Below, in pieces: positions 40,306 through 48,618 of a stretch of 64,000 nt of DNA. Position 1 is the stretch's first letter, and every line of letters starts with the position of its first letter. The DNA is taken from IMG/VR virus record IMGVR_UViG_3300021440_000021, positions 612 to 64,611 of that record, one strand, 5' to 3'. A model generated the notes under the pieces. The model saw only the letters and a program-made list of their open reading frames with translations, was not told where the DNA came from and did no database searches. Origin of the DNA: a virus. Taxonomy: Duplodnaviria > Caudoviricetes. Made by a program: the position numbers and the translations under genes.

Positions 40306-40497
40306 ATGCCTAGAGGAAAGAGACAAAAAATTGTTAGGTCTAGGTCTGGGTCTAAATCTAGGTCTTGGTCTAGGTCTGGGTCTGGGGCTTGGTCTAAATC
40401 TAGGTCTTGGTCTTGGTCTAGGCCTTGGTCTAAGTCTGAGTCTAGGTCTTGGTCTTGGTCTAGGTCTGAGTCTTGGTCTTGGTCTAGGTCTTGGTGA
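40306..40497 (+). CDS. Ser-X dipeptide-repeat peptide 2
   Basis: AAGGA SD; MPRGKRQKIV leader then (S-R/W/K/E)n. Confidence 0.65.
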   Translation: MPRGKRQKIVRSRSGSKSRSWSRSGSGAWSKSRSWSWSRPWSKSESRSWSWSRSESWSWSRSW

Positions 40498-40512
40498 GAA
40501 GGAAAAGAAATT

Positions 40513-40857
40513 ATGAAACATCTAATCAAATTGTTGGCCTGTTGCTTGCCTTTGCAAGCACAAGCTGAAACATGCAAATGGAGTGGGATGTATGTTGACA
40601 TTTCACCTACGCAAGAGGGGAATGTATCGGTTCATTTTCATAATGAGCTAACCTCTTCGTGGGGAGATTCCCCCTTCTATTGCATTGTCACGATTGATGG
40701 AGAAATCTTTCGTGCTGTAATCACAGCGGGAAATGGTGAAATTCCCGACAACATTCTCATTGAACACCCTGTTGGATGGCAAGCTATGCCGGAACAAATT
40801 GACGTGAAAGAGGGGGATGATGGCTATTTGCTTGTCACCCCCATTCTCCTTGGATGA
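40513..40857 (+). CDS. secreted/periplasmic hypothetical protein
   Basis: signal peptide ending AQA. Confidence 0.6.
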   Translation: MKHLIKLLACCLPLQAQAETCKWSGMYVDISPTQEGNVSVHFHNELTSSWGDSPFYCIVTIDGEIFRAVITAGNGEIPDNILIEHPVGWQAMPEQIDVKEGDDGYLLVTPILLG

Positions 40858-40964
40858 CAGGAACAAAATGATGACCGACACCAACAAAGACGCCATCGCC
40901 GGGCTGATCGGCAAATGGGGGCATCCGAAATGAGCAAAGTGCAAGAAATGCACATTGGTGTCGC

Positions 40965-41186
40965 ATGACAGCCGAGGTCGTTAATCTCGAAACTGTCACG
41001 CGGCTTGACCTGCCCGCCGAAAGAATTTTGCAAGCGGCGCTGGCTGCTGGCTTAGAAAGCGCAATCGTCATTGGATACGACGCGGACGGCGATGAATACT
41101 TTGCATCGTCCTTGGCTGATGGCGGCGCTGTTATTTGGCTGCTTGAGCGCAGCAAGCTGCGGCTTTTGCGGATGGCAGACGAATGA
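40965..41186 (+). CDS. hypothetical protein in a high-GC patch
   Basis: VIGYDADGDEYFASS...WLLE family; GC-rich codons. Confidence 0.65.
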   Translation: MTAEVVNLETVTRLDLPAERILQAALAAGLESAIVIGYDADGDEYFASSLADGGAVIWLLERSKLRLLRMADE

Positions 41187-41220
41187 TCAGAACCACCGAA
41201 CAGATGCGCGAGGCCGGGGA

Positions 41221-41604
41221 ATGATGATTTTCGACCCGCCCCTGAACTCGCCGGAATACCGCGCAGCCCTACGAAAGCTGACCGGTGAACCGACAGAACC
41301 GCGTCAGGATTGGCCCGTTGATCGGGGCGAACTGATTGCCCGGCACCGCGAGATTGCCAGCATGGCGAGAAAATGGGCCATCGAGAACGAAAACAAGGCG
41401 CGGGAACTGGAAATCCGCGACAACCTCGACGCTTCCAAGAAGCACGACGCTGCGGACGACTGGCTGATCGAGAACCGCAAGGAAATGGCGGCTGCGATCA
41501 TCAAGCTGGTGGAGGCACTAGAATGGTATGATGACCCGTCAAGTCAAGGGGATGTTGCCCGCGCCGCCCTAGCTGCCGCAAAGGAGAAAATCAATGACCG
41601 TTGA
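41221..41604 (+). CDS. hypothetical protein in a high-GC patch
   Basis: LVEALEWY...ARAALAA motif typical of temperate-phage small ORFs. Confidence 0.55.
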   Translation: MMIFDPPLNSPEYRAALRKLTGEPTEPRQDWPVDRGELIARHREIASMARKWAIENENKARELEIRDNLDASKKHDAADDWLIENRKEMAAAIIKLVEALEWYDDPSSQGDVARAALAAAKEKINDR

Positions 41605-41995
41605 TTGCACTAACCCCAACAAACTATGTCTTCGCGACATGACTGATGCCCAAATTGCCACTATTGTACGATATTTTATCCACAATAAGGTGGAGGAGTA
41701 TATCGAGAATAAATGGTATACAGGTGATGAGATTTTGCCTGATAATATTTATCGTATAGCCCCAACCAAGCTTTCAGTCAATTGGGATCATCTGGCCGAT
41801 TGGGTAGTGTGTATTGCTTTAGATAGTAACGGGGCTGCATGGTGTTATGATTCTGTCCCCACTCTTAGTAAGACTAATTGGATTGGAGATTGTATGGGGA
41901 TGGGTTATAAGATTAATTTCCTGTCATCGTATCAGCGTGGTACATGCGATTGGAGAGAAAGTTTAGTCTTTCGCCCCGGAAAGGAACCAAAATGA
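41594..41995 (+). CDS. hypothetical protein
   Basis: AAGGAG SD; DWRESLVFRP C-terminal motif. Confidence 0.65.
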   Translation: MTVDCTNPNKLCLRDMTDAQIATIVRYFIHNKVEEYIENKWYTGDEILPDNIYRIAPTKLSVNWDHLADWVVCIALDSNGAAWCYDSVPTLSKTNWIGDCMGMGYKINFLSSYQRGTCDWRESLVFRPGKEPK

Positions 41996-42854
41996 AGAAA
42001 GTTAAGGAGGTAAGTGATGCGTGACTTTCTTACTAGCGGTCGGTTTGGATTTTTAGCCGGTTTTGTGTTGGGCTTGATCCCTATGTTTATAGCAGGGATG
42101 TACCTAGAAAACGACCATTGGCATCTAGAACTCATTCAGCGGGGCCTAGCACAATACTGCCCTCTGACGGGTGAATGGGCTTGGAAGGGAGAATGCAAAT
42201 GAAAGATCAAAAGAAATGGGAATGGGATTTGTCCCGTTATGTTACAACTCTTGCCAAGCTTCGTATGCTGGAAGAGCGTTGGCCTCAACATAAAGTGATC
42301 TTCAAACACTTGAAAGAGGAAAGTGAAGCAGATGCTTAAAAAACCTCTTCCCCCCATCTTCTCTGTAAGACCGGGAACCAATTGCACATTCATCACTATC
42401 TATGATGAAGACGAAGATAGAGTTGCAACCATCACCTTGAACGAAGACCAAGCATTGCAATTGATTGGTCAAATCTCCCAATCCATCTTGAAGGAATATA
42501 CAAATGTTCGTTAAATGGGCCGATGCACAAAAAGCTGGTCGTTCTCCCCTTTGCCTTGGTCGCTCTGCTGAACGTAACAAACGTAAGCAAGAACGCACCA
42601 ACACCAATCGTATCTATCGTGCTGAACTCCATCGTGAGAAAGTGAACAGCCGAGGTGATGCAAATGTGGTGCAAGAGAAGATTGCAGAGATTAGCAAACG
42701 TAAATAGGCCCGTAGACTTCATAGGAGGGCCGCTAGAGGGCCTTCTCTTGTTTTTAGCTACATGGGTAGCCTAAACACAATACAACGCTGTAGGGGGCCT
42801 TTTTAGGCCCCTTCCTGTCATTGCCCCCTTGGTGGAATTGGTAGACACAACAGA

Positions 42855-43286
42855 TCAACTATTTTTCCTCCTCCTCCAAGTTGGAGTTTGTGAGTGACAA
42901 TTTGGGCAAAGCAATAGTAAATTAGTTTTAGAATTATTATTTCTATTACCATCTATGTGTTCGAGTTCTAAGACTAATGGTCGATGTAGCCATAAAGATA
43001 ACCCACAAACTTCACAGCTATTTCCACGGTCTTTTATAAGTCTCTTTTTAATTGAGGACGGCTTCGTTAGTTCTTCGTAAGAAACAAGTTCTTTACCCCT
43101 ATTATGAGACTGACCTAAAAAATGAGAGGTGTCTATATTGAACTTATCTAAGTTCTTAATCAAGTTGTTGTAATTTCCTCCTGCGGCAACTAATCCCATT
43201 TGTCGCAAACAATCAGCATAACTATTACTATTTTCGACTATAATTTTTAAAATTTCTCTGGTCCATCTTGTATATTTACGTTTCAT
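42855..43286 (-). CDS. HNH homing endonuclease
   Basis: CEVC...LELEHIDGNRNNNSKTNLLLLCPNCHSQT; stop codon overlaps U32 of the split tRNA. Confidence 0.9.
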   Translation of the reverse strand: MKRKYTRWTREILKIIVENSNSYADCLRQMGLVAAGGNYNNLIKNLDKFNIDTSHFLGQSHNRGKELVSYEELTKPSSIKKRLIKDRGNSCEVCGLSLWLHRPLVLELEHIDGNRNNNSKTNLLLLCPNCHSQTPTWRRRKNS

Positions 43287-43311
43287 AATATAACCTTGCG
43301 TATATAATAGT

Positions 43312-43388
43312 GGAGGCATAGCCCAATTGGCAGAGGCATCCGGTTTAAACCCGGTAAAGTTAGGGTTCGAATCCCTATGCCTCTACCA
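43312..43388 (+). tRNA. tRNA-Leu(UAA), short variable loop, nested inside the split tRNA-Leu
   Basis: GGAGGCA/UGCCUCU acceptor, loop UU-UAA-AC, GGUUCGAAUCC T-arm, A73, CCA. Confidence 0.85.
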
Positions 43389-43511
43389 TTATATACGTAG
43401 AAACAAGGTTAAAAAAGACAAACAATTAAAAATAAAATCTGTCGATTAATTCATGCCGGTTCGAGTCCGGCAGGGGGCACCAAGTTAGATGTGTAGACAG
43501 AAATTGAGATT

Positions 43512-43584
43512 CGTGGGGTAGCTCAGTTGGTAGAGCAGACGACCGATAATCGTCAGGTCTCAGGTTCAACACCTAACTCCACGA
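43512..43584 (+). tRNA. tRNA-Ile(GAU), atypical or degenerate
   Basis: canonical D-arm, GACGA/UCGUC stem with loop CC-GAU-AA (C33), T-stem mismatch, no encoded CCA. Confidence 0.65.
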
Positions 43585-43822
43585 GCGATGCAGGCCCGGT
43601 GAGGGGTAGAAAAGGCAGGGGGTGTGATGGTCACAACAACCAAAGCATGGACCCAATGCGCTCCGGGTGTAGAAAGACCCCCTCACACCAAGTTAGATGT
43701 GAAGCGGTGAATGCTAAAGGTCATACCCGGCCTGAGTAACCGTAATTGAGGTCTCCACGGCAAGGAGTCTGGTGTGTCGAGTCGCACCCACATCTAAATC
43801 ATTAAGTAGAGAGGAAATAAAC

Positions 43823-44053
43823 ATGCCTTGTTATGAGCCACCAATGAGTTATGAAGAGCGTAGACGCTATAGCCCGGAAGGTTTAAATGAAAAAGAGTTA
43901 GAGGCTGTTCTTTGTGGTGTGCTCACCACTGTTGGTGCTGAAGTTTTTGATTATGTAAACTGGAAAGAAGTTGGTGTTCCTAAAGACTTTGCAGAAAACT
44001 GGTGGAAAGCCCATCAAAAGAAAGATGCAAAACGTAGAAAGAAAGAGAAGTGA
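43823..44053 (+). CDS. hypothetical protein
   Basis: GAGGA SD; MPCY...LC...WWKAHQKKD family. Confidence 0.65.
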   Translation: MPCYEPPMSYEERRRYSPEGLNEKELEAVLCGVLTTVGAEVFDYVNWKEVGVPKDFAENWWKAHQKKDAKRRKKEK

Positions 44054-44152
44054 AATGTGGGAAATGTTTCAAATGTTTTGTGTTGGTTGGTTTATTGGTG
44101 ATGTAGGGTTTCATCTAGCTAGATGGACTGGGTTTTAAGGGGAAGTTAATAT

Positions 44153-44229
44153 GCACCCGTAGCTCAACTGGAAAGAGCAAGAGATTTCTAATCTCTGGGT
44201 TGGGGGTTCGAGTCCCTCCGGGTGCTCCA
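44153..44229 (+). tRNA. tRNA-Arg(UCU)
   Basis: GCACCCG/CGGGUGC acceptor, AGAGA-UUUCUAA-UCUCU, GGUUCGAGUCC, CCA. Confidence 0.92.
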
Positions 44230-44245
44230 TCCATAGGAGAGTAAA

Positions 44246-44653
44246 ATGTATCTGCATGATTGGTCTTCTAAAGAAGACATGATGAAAGATTTTGTAATTG
44301 AGAATTGGTGGGATAACAACCGAGATTTAACAGAAAAAGAAAAAGAAGAATTTAAAAATGTAAATGTTCTTTTGGCCAGTTATTCTTCTCAAAACTACTT
44401 AGGTGATGCTTTTGTATTATTCATAGATAAAGAAAATGGAAAACTATATGAGGTAAATGCTAGTCATTGTTCTTGCTATGGATTAGAAGAGAAATGGGAG
44501 CCAGAAGAAACAGATATTGAATCTCTTAAGCATCGTCTTGAGAAAGGTTCTCTTGGAGAAGAGGAATATTCAGGGAATATTTTTAAGAAAGAGCTTAGAG
44601 AAGTTCTGGAAAGACTTCAGACAAATGGTAAGTCTTTGGGGGATTATCTGTAA
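44246..44653 (+). CDS. hypothetical protein with tag-like C-terminus KSLGDYL
   Basis: YEVNASHCSCYGLE family motif. Confidence 0.7.
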   Translation: MYLHDWSSKEDMMKDFVIENWWDNNRDLTEKEKEEFKNVNVLLASYSSQNYLGDAFVLFIDKENGKLYEVNASHCSCYGLEEKWEPEETDIESLKHRLEKGSLGEEEYSGNIFKKELREVLERLQTNGKSLGDYL

Positions 44654-45152
44654 TATTTAGATAAGCAAAGGGGTGTAAAATGTTTTGGGTAATCTTTGTA
44701 ATTCTTCTTCTTTTGGTTTTTATTCCATTTTTCTATCTTCCGTTTTTGACTGTTCTTATTATTTTGATGCTAATTACTGTTTGTGCTTTTTTCGCACTTC
44801 TTATCTCGATGATTATCAAAGATGAAGACTTTTTTTGATACGGTTAGGTATTCAGGAAAATATAAGAGGGTAGAATGAGTGCAGATTGGTTTGACTACGT
44901 AAACAAGGCGAGGGAAAACAATGGGCCAATGGAAAGCAAAAAGCCTGAAAACGTACGGAGCTATTCAACTCCTGTGCGATCTGGATCAAAACCTCCATGT
45001 GGGGACGTGGATTAATCATCCACATTATGGGAATGTTTGGCAATTGAATACAGGGCAGTTTATGCACGACAATCAAATTGCCTTCTACAATGAAATTACA
45101 ATACCTCCTGTGGTGGAGGTGATTGAACACATCATGTATTCAGGAGAAGAAA

Positions 45153-45419
45153 ATGCGTAAATTATTTTTATCTGCGTCCCTGTCATTGTTTGCTCTTCCT
45201 CTCTATGCGGAAGGAGAAAATTGTGGCCCAACCCAAGCTGTAAAACAATTCTTTGAACAGCAGTTTGGAGAGAGGGTAGTCAATACTGGGGCTACCCCTG
45301 ATGGTGTTTATGTATTTAGTTGGATTGAAAACCCTCAAACCAAAACCTTTACATTGCTTGTAACCAAAGGGGAAACCACTTGTGTTATTGGCGGGGGAAA
45401 ACTTTTGGAGATGGGTTGA
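45153..45419 (+). CDS. small secreted protein
   Basis: signal peptide, NCGP...TCVI. Confidence 0.6.
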   Translation: MRKLFLSASLSLFALPLYAEGENCGPTQAVKQFFEQQFGERVVNTGATPDGVYVFSWIENPQTKTFTLLVTKGETTCVIGGGKLLEMG

Positions 45420-45685
45420 TGAGCAATTTTAAAGTTGGGGATAGAGTGAGACGTAAACCTGAATACCAAAACGCCTTTGCTTGGACTTTTGTTTCTGAAA
45501 ATTCGCGTAATGAGCCTTTTTCTGTTATTGGAGTCATTCAACGAAACCCGGCTGATAAGCCTCTTATAAAGTTAGTTATACCGGGGTTTATTAGTTTTTT
45601 AGGGGGAGGCCTATCTTCATGGGACGAAGACTATTTTGAATTAGTCGAGGTAAAAGAGCTTACATCTCTAGAGGAGTATATGTGA
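45419..45685 (+). CDS. tagged small protein, FKVGD family (ends LTSLEEYM)
   Basis: shared N- and C-terminal motifs. Confidence 0.75.
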   Translation: MSNFKVGDRVRRKPEYQNAFAWTFVSENSRNEPFSVIGVIQRNPADKPLIKLVIPGFISFLGGGLSSWDEDYFELVEVKELTSLEEYM

Positions 45686-45915
45686 TGGTCAGATTTAACC
45701 CCGGTGATGTTGTTAGACGGAAAAAACAACATCAAACCTCTTCTTTTTGGGTTCATAATAGGCACATTGGAAGAGAAAGAGCAGGAGCAAATTTTGTAGT
45801 TTTAGGTCTTACAGATCAAGGCTTAATTCTACAAGGTGTTAATGGGGGATTTGAATCATCTTATTTTGAACTTGTTGATGAAAGAAAGATCACTTCACTA
45901 GAGGATTATATGTAA
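45685..45915 (+). CDS. tagged small protein, FKVGD family (ends ITSLEDYM)
   Basis: shared N- and C-terminal motifs. Confidence 0.75.
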   Translation: MVRFNPGDVVRRKKQHQTSSFWVHNRHIGRERAGANFVVLGLTDQGLILQGVNGGFESSYFELVDERKITSLEDYM

Positions 45916-46307
45916 TGACTAAACGTCTTTTTGTCTATGGCACACTGAAACAAGGCTACAGCAACAATGTCCTTCTTCGTGGAGCTAAATTTCTTGGTCC
46001 TGCAATCACCAAGAAAAATTATGTTCTTTTTAATTGTGGCTTCCCCAAGGCCGTGACCTTGTCTTTGGATAAGGAAGCTTACCCTATGCTTCCTGTCATT
46101 GGTGAGTTGTATGAAGTGGAAGACAATCACATTCGTTCTTGTGATCAGCTTGAAGGACATCCTGATTGGTATCGTCGTGATGTGATTGAAGCAACTTTGC
46201 TTGCCACGAATGAAACCTTTGACACCAATATTTATGAGATGAATGAGTGGGTGGGAAATCGTCTCACTTGTAAGGTTGTTAATGGGGCTTATGAATGGGA
46301 TCGCTAA
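45915..46307 (+). CDS. gamma-glutamylcyclotransferase (AIG2-like)
   Basis: LFVYGTLKQG, GELYEV, DQLEGHPDWYRR. Confidence 0.9.
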   Translation: MTKRLFVYGTLKQGYSNNVLLRGAKFLGPAITKKNYVLFNCGFPKAVTLSLDKEAYPMLPVIGELYEVEDNHIRSCDQLEGHPDWYRRDVIEATLLATNETFDTNIYEMNEWVGNRLTCKVVNGAYEWDR

Positions 46308-46549
46308 TTGGGCAGAAGTTTATTCTTGATCACGAAAGTATAAACAAAACAGAGTTTAACCCAGAAGCATTTGTAGCTTTTGAAACAGCTATGGCATTAC
46401 AATTAGGTGTTAAACTCCCTGTTGTCTTTACTGTTAAACACTATTGGCCAGATAGCGAATATCCAATTCATAGTGATCTTCACTCATACAAACTTTCTTG
46501 GTGTAAATTCTTATATAAAGATATAACATCTTTAGAAGAGTATTTATAA
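46295..46549 (+). CDS. tagged small protein (ends ITSLEEYL)
   Basis: C-terminal tag. Confidence 0.7.
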   Translation: MGSLIGQKFILDHESINKTEFNPEAFVAFETAMALQLGVKLPVVFTVKHYWPDSEYPIHSDLHSYKLSWCKFLYKDITSLEEYL

Positions 46550-46637
46550 TATATTATATATAAGAGTCCTTAAGAGTATATAGGTAGATTTTTGACCTTG
46601 TCAAGAGGGACATTGAAAATAAATTTATGAGGGTAAG

Positions 46638-46856
46638 ATGTTTAAGGTTGGAGATGTTGTCTTAAGAAGGCCTCAACACCAAGATTATTGGTGGGTACGT
46701 GCAAATGGACTATCTGAGTCTTCCCCAGAAAAACCAAAAATAATTAGTCGCGTAGTTGCTAATACTATATGTCTAATAGGTGTAAGAGAGAGTTGGGACA
46801 GTGTCAAATTTACCCTTGTTGAAAGAATTGTCACTTCACTAGATCAATACATGTAA
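46638..46856 (+). CDS. tagged small protein, FKVGD family (ends VTSLDQYM)
   Basis: shared motifs. Confidence 0.75.
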   Translation: MFKVGDVVLRRPQHQDYWWVRANGLSESSPEKPKIISRVVANTICLIGVRESWDSVKFTLVERIVTSLDQYM

Positions 46857-46865
46857 GGAGAAATC

Positions 46866-47741
46866 ATGTCTGTATATATGCTTCGTCGTCGTAAACTTGG
46901 GCGCACCTCTTGCCGAGAGATTGCCCGTCTATCTGATAAGATTGATGGTGTTGTTCGTAATGATCAACAATTTCCTGCTGACCTTTCCATGATTATTCGT
47001 TGGGGGACCACGAGTAATGTCCCTACGAATAATATTGTAAATACAGCAGAGGCTATTCATCGTGTTGGTGATAAGGCTGGATTTAGAAATCTGCTGATGG
47101 ATAATTTCTTTGAAGTTCAAGGTGGTCTTGGTTCTCCACTTTGTCCCATGACTTATTTAGAAATGCACAAACCACAACTTCTTTTGTGGATGAGGGATGG
47201 AAAACAAATGGTTGTTCGACCTCGTGTCCACGCACAAGGCCGTCATGTTTACCTTGTCAACAATGAAGCAGAACTTAATGCAGCCATTGCTCGTTGTGGA
47301 GAGGGTTGGTATGCCTCTGAATATATCAACAAAGTGGCTGAATATCGTGTCACCTTCGTTCAAGGACGTGTTGCTTGGGTGGCCAAGAAAACTCCCGGTA
47401 ATCCTCAAGATGTAGCTTGGAACGTAGCTCGTGGGGGACGCTTTGATAATGTTCGATTTGATAATTGGCCTTTGAAAGCAATTAAGATTAGCCGTGAAGC
47501 TTTCATGCTTTCTGGCTTAGATTTTGGTGCTGTTGATGTCATGGTTGATGCAGATGATCAGGCTTATGTACTTGAGATTAACTCAGCCCCATCTCAAACT
47601 TCCCCATATCGTCAAGAATGTATGGCCAAATGTTTTGACTATCTTATTGAGAATGGGAAAGAAACTATTCCTGTCATCCAACAACGTGGAAATTGGAAAA
47701 AGTTTATCCATCCGGCTTTGTCTAACGAAGCTTTAATGTAA
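46866..47741 (+). CDS. ATP-grasp ligase (RimK/phiEco32-like)
   Basis: IRWG, EYRV, GLDFGAVDV, YVLEINSAP. Confidence 0.9.
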   Translation: MSVYMLRRRKLGRTSCREIARLSDKIDGVVRNDQQFPADLSMIIRWGTTSNVPTNNIVNTAEAIHRVGDKAGFRNLLMDNFFEVQGGLGSPLCPMTYLEMHKPQLLLWMRDGKQMVVRPRVHAQGRHVYLVNNEAELNAAIARCGEGWYASEYINKVAEYRVTFVQGRVAWVAKKTPGNPQDVAWNVARGGRFDNVRFDNWPLKAIKISREAFMLSGLDFGAVDVMVDADDQAYVLEINSAPSQTSPYRQECMAKCFDYLIENGKETIPVIQQRGNWKKFIHPALSNEALM

Positions 47742-47751
47742 GGAGAATTTT

Positions 47752-48618
47752 ATGCAACTCGCTGAAGTGGTGCCTTATTTTGGTGCTTTTGAAAAAGAGG
47801 CTAATGGTAGTAGAAGTGCGAATGCTTACATTGGTTTTTTGGCAAAAAAATCCGATAAAATCTTTTATAAAATGGTTGGTCCCGGCCCTTGTCATGGGGC
47901 TATACAGAAAGGCAATTATGTTTTTAATGATTTTAACCCGACAGACTTTGCCATTCTTTCTAAAATTCAAAACTTACGTGTCGAAAAACCTGTAGCAGAG
48001 GGATACTTTGACTATCTGGTAAACAGAAGCCCTTTTAAAGAAGCTTTCCTAAATAAAGATACCAAAAATGGGAATGTTTGGGCTGTTCGCACTGACCTTC
48101 CTGCAAACCTTGTTGGGGCAGCTTTAATGGCCTCTCGCACTCCAACTGAAAACTATTTGGATTACATCCACAAACGTTTAGCGGTTTTCGAGGAGATTAA
48201 GTCCCTTGGGTTTAGTGAAAACTTTGCCTACATCTTCTCGTTTGTATATCAAAAAACAGATGGAAAGAAATATCAGTTTTCGTATGCTCCCTTGGCTTGT
48301 GGGCATTGCGTGTTCTCTTTTAACAAGCGTGGGGAAGACTATTTCCGTAATTTCATTAACAACACTCCCCCCAATCTCTCAAAAGAAACCTTCTATGAGA
48401 ATATGGGGTATTCACCCAACACGATTAACAATATTTGGGGAGGCTTTCCCGGAGATGCCTTCATGAATTGGTTGCAATGTGTTAAACCAATTAAGGAAGT
48501 TGGCAAAAAAGACTTGAACATCTTTGCAAAAACAAAGAGTGTTACTTATTACTACGAGTCCAAAGAGGACTTTAAGAATGTCCTACAGCAAGTGGAGCGG
48601 AGAATTTTTGATGTCTAA
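47752..48618 (+). CDS. hypothetical protein in the ligase cluster
   Basis: SD, coupled to the GATase gene. Confidence 0.7.
   Translation: MQLAEVVPYFGAFEKEANGSRSANAYIGFLAKKSDKIFYKMVGPGPCHGAIQKGNYVFNDFNPTDFAILSKIQNLRVEKPVAEGYFDYLVNRSPFKEAFLNKDTKNGNVWAVRTDLPANLVGAALMASRTPTENYLDYIHKRLAVFEEIKSLGFSENFAYIFSFVYQKTDGKKYQFSYAPLACGHCVFSFNKRGEDYFRNFINNTPPNLSKETFYENMGYSPNTINNIWGGFPGDAFMNWLQCVKPIKEVGKKDLNIFAKTKSVTYYYESKEDFKNVLQQVERRIFDV

Larger units (their letters stand above)
42823..43482 (+). pseudogene. tRNA-Leu(UAA) gene split at the anticodon loop (5' half 42823-42855, 3' half 43433-43482)
   Basis: GCCCCCU/AGGGGGC acceptor, GGUGGAAUUGGUAGACAC D-arm, ACAGA/UCUGU anticodon stem, long variable arm, GGUUCGAGUCC T-arm, ACCA end. 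Confidence 0.85.

Noticed and set aside
39588-40601. Poly-(RP), (DQ/DP/DL) and (LG) ORFs in other frames of the hexamer repeats
   Set aside because: Automatic by-products of stop-free hexamer repeats; only the Ser-X frame has a conserved leader in both copies.
42856-43432. Group I intron in tRNA-Leu(UAA)
   Set aside because: No terminal G, no P7-type core, and the insert is almost fully occupied by an antisense ORF and a tRNA.
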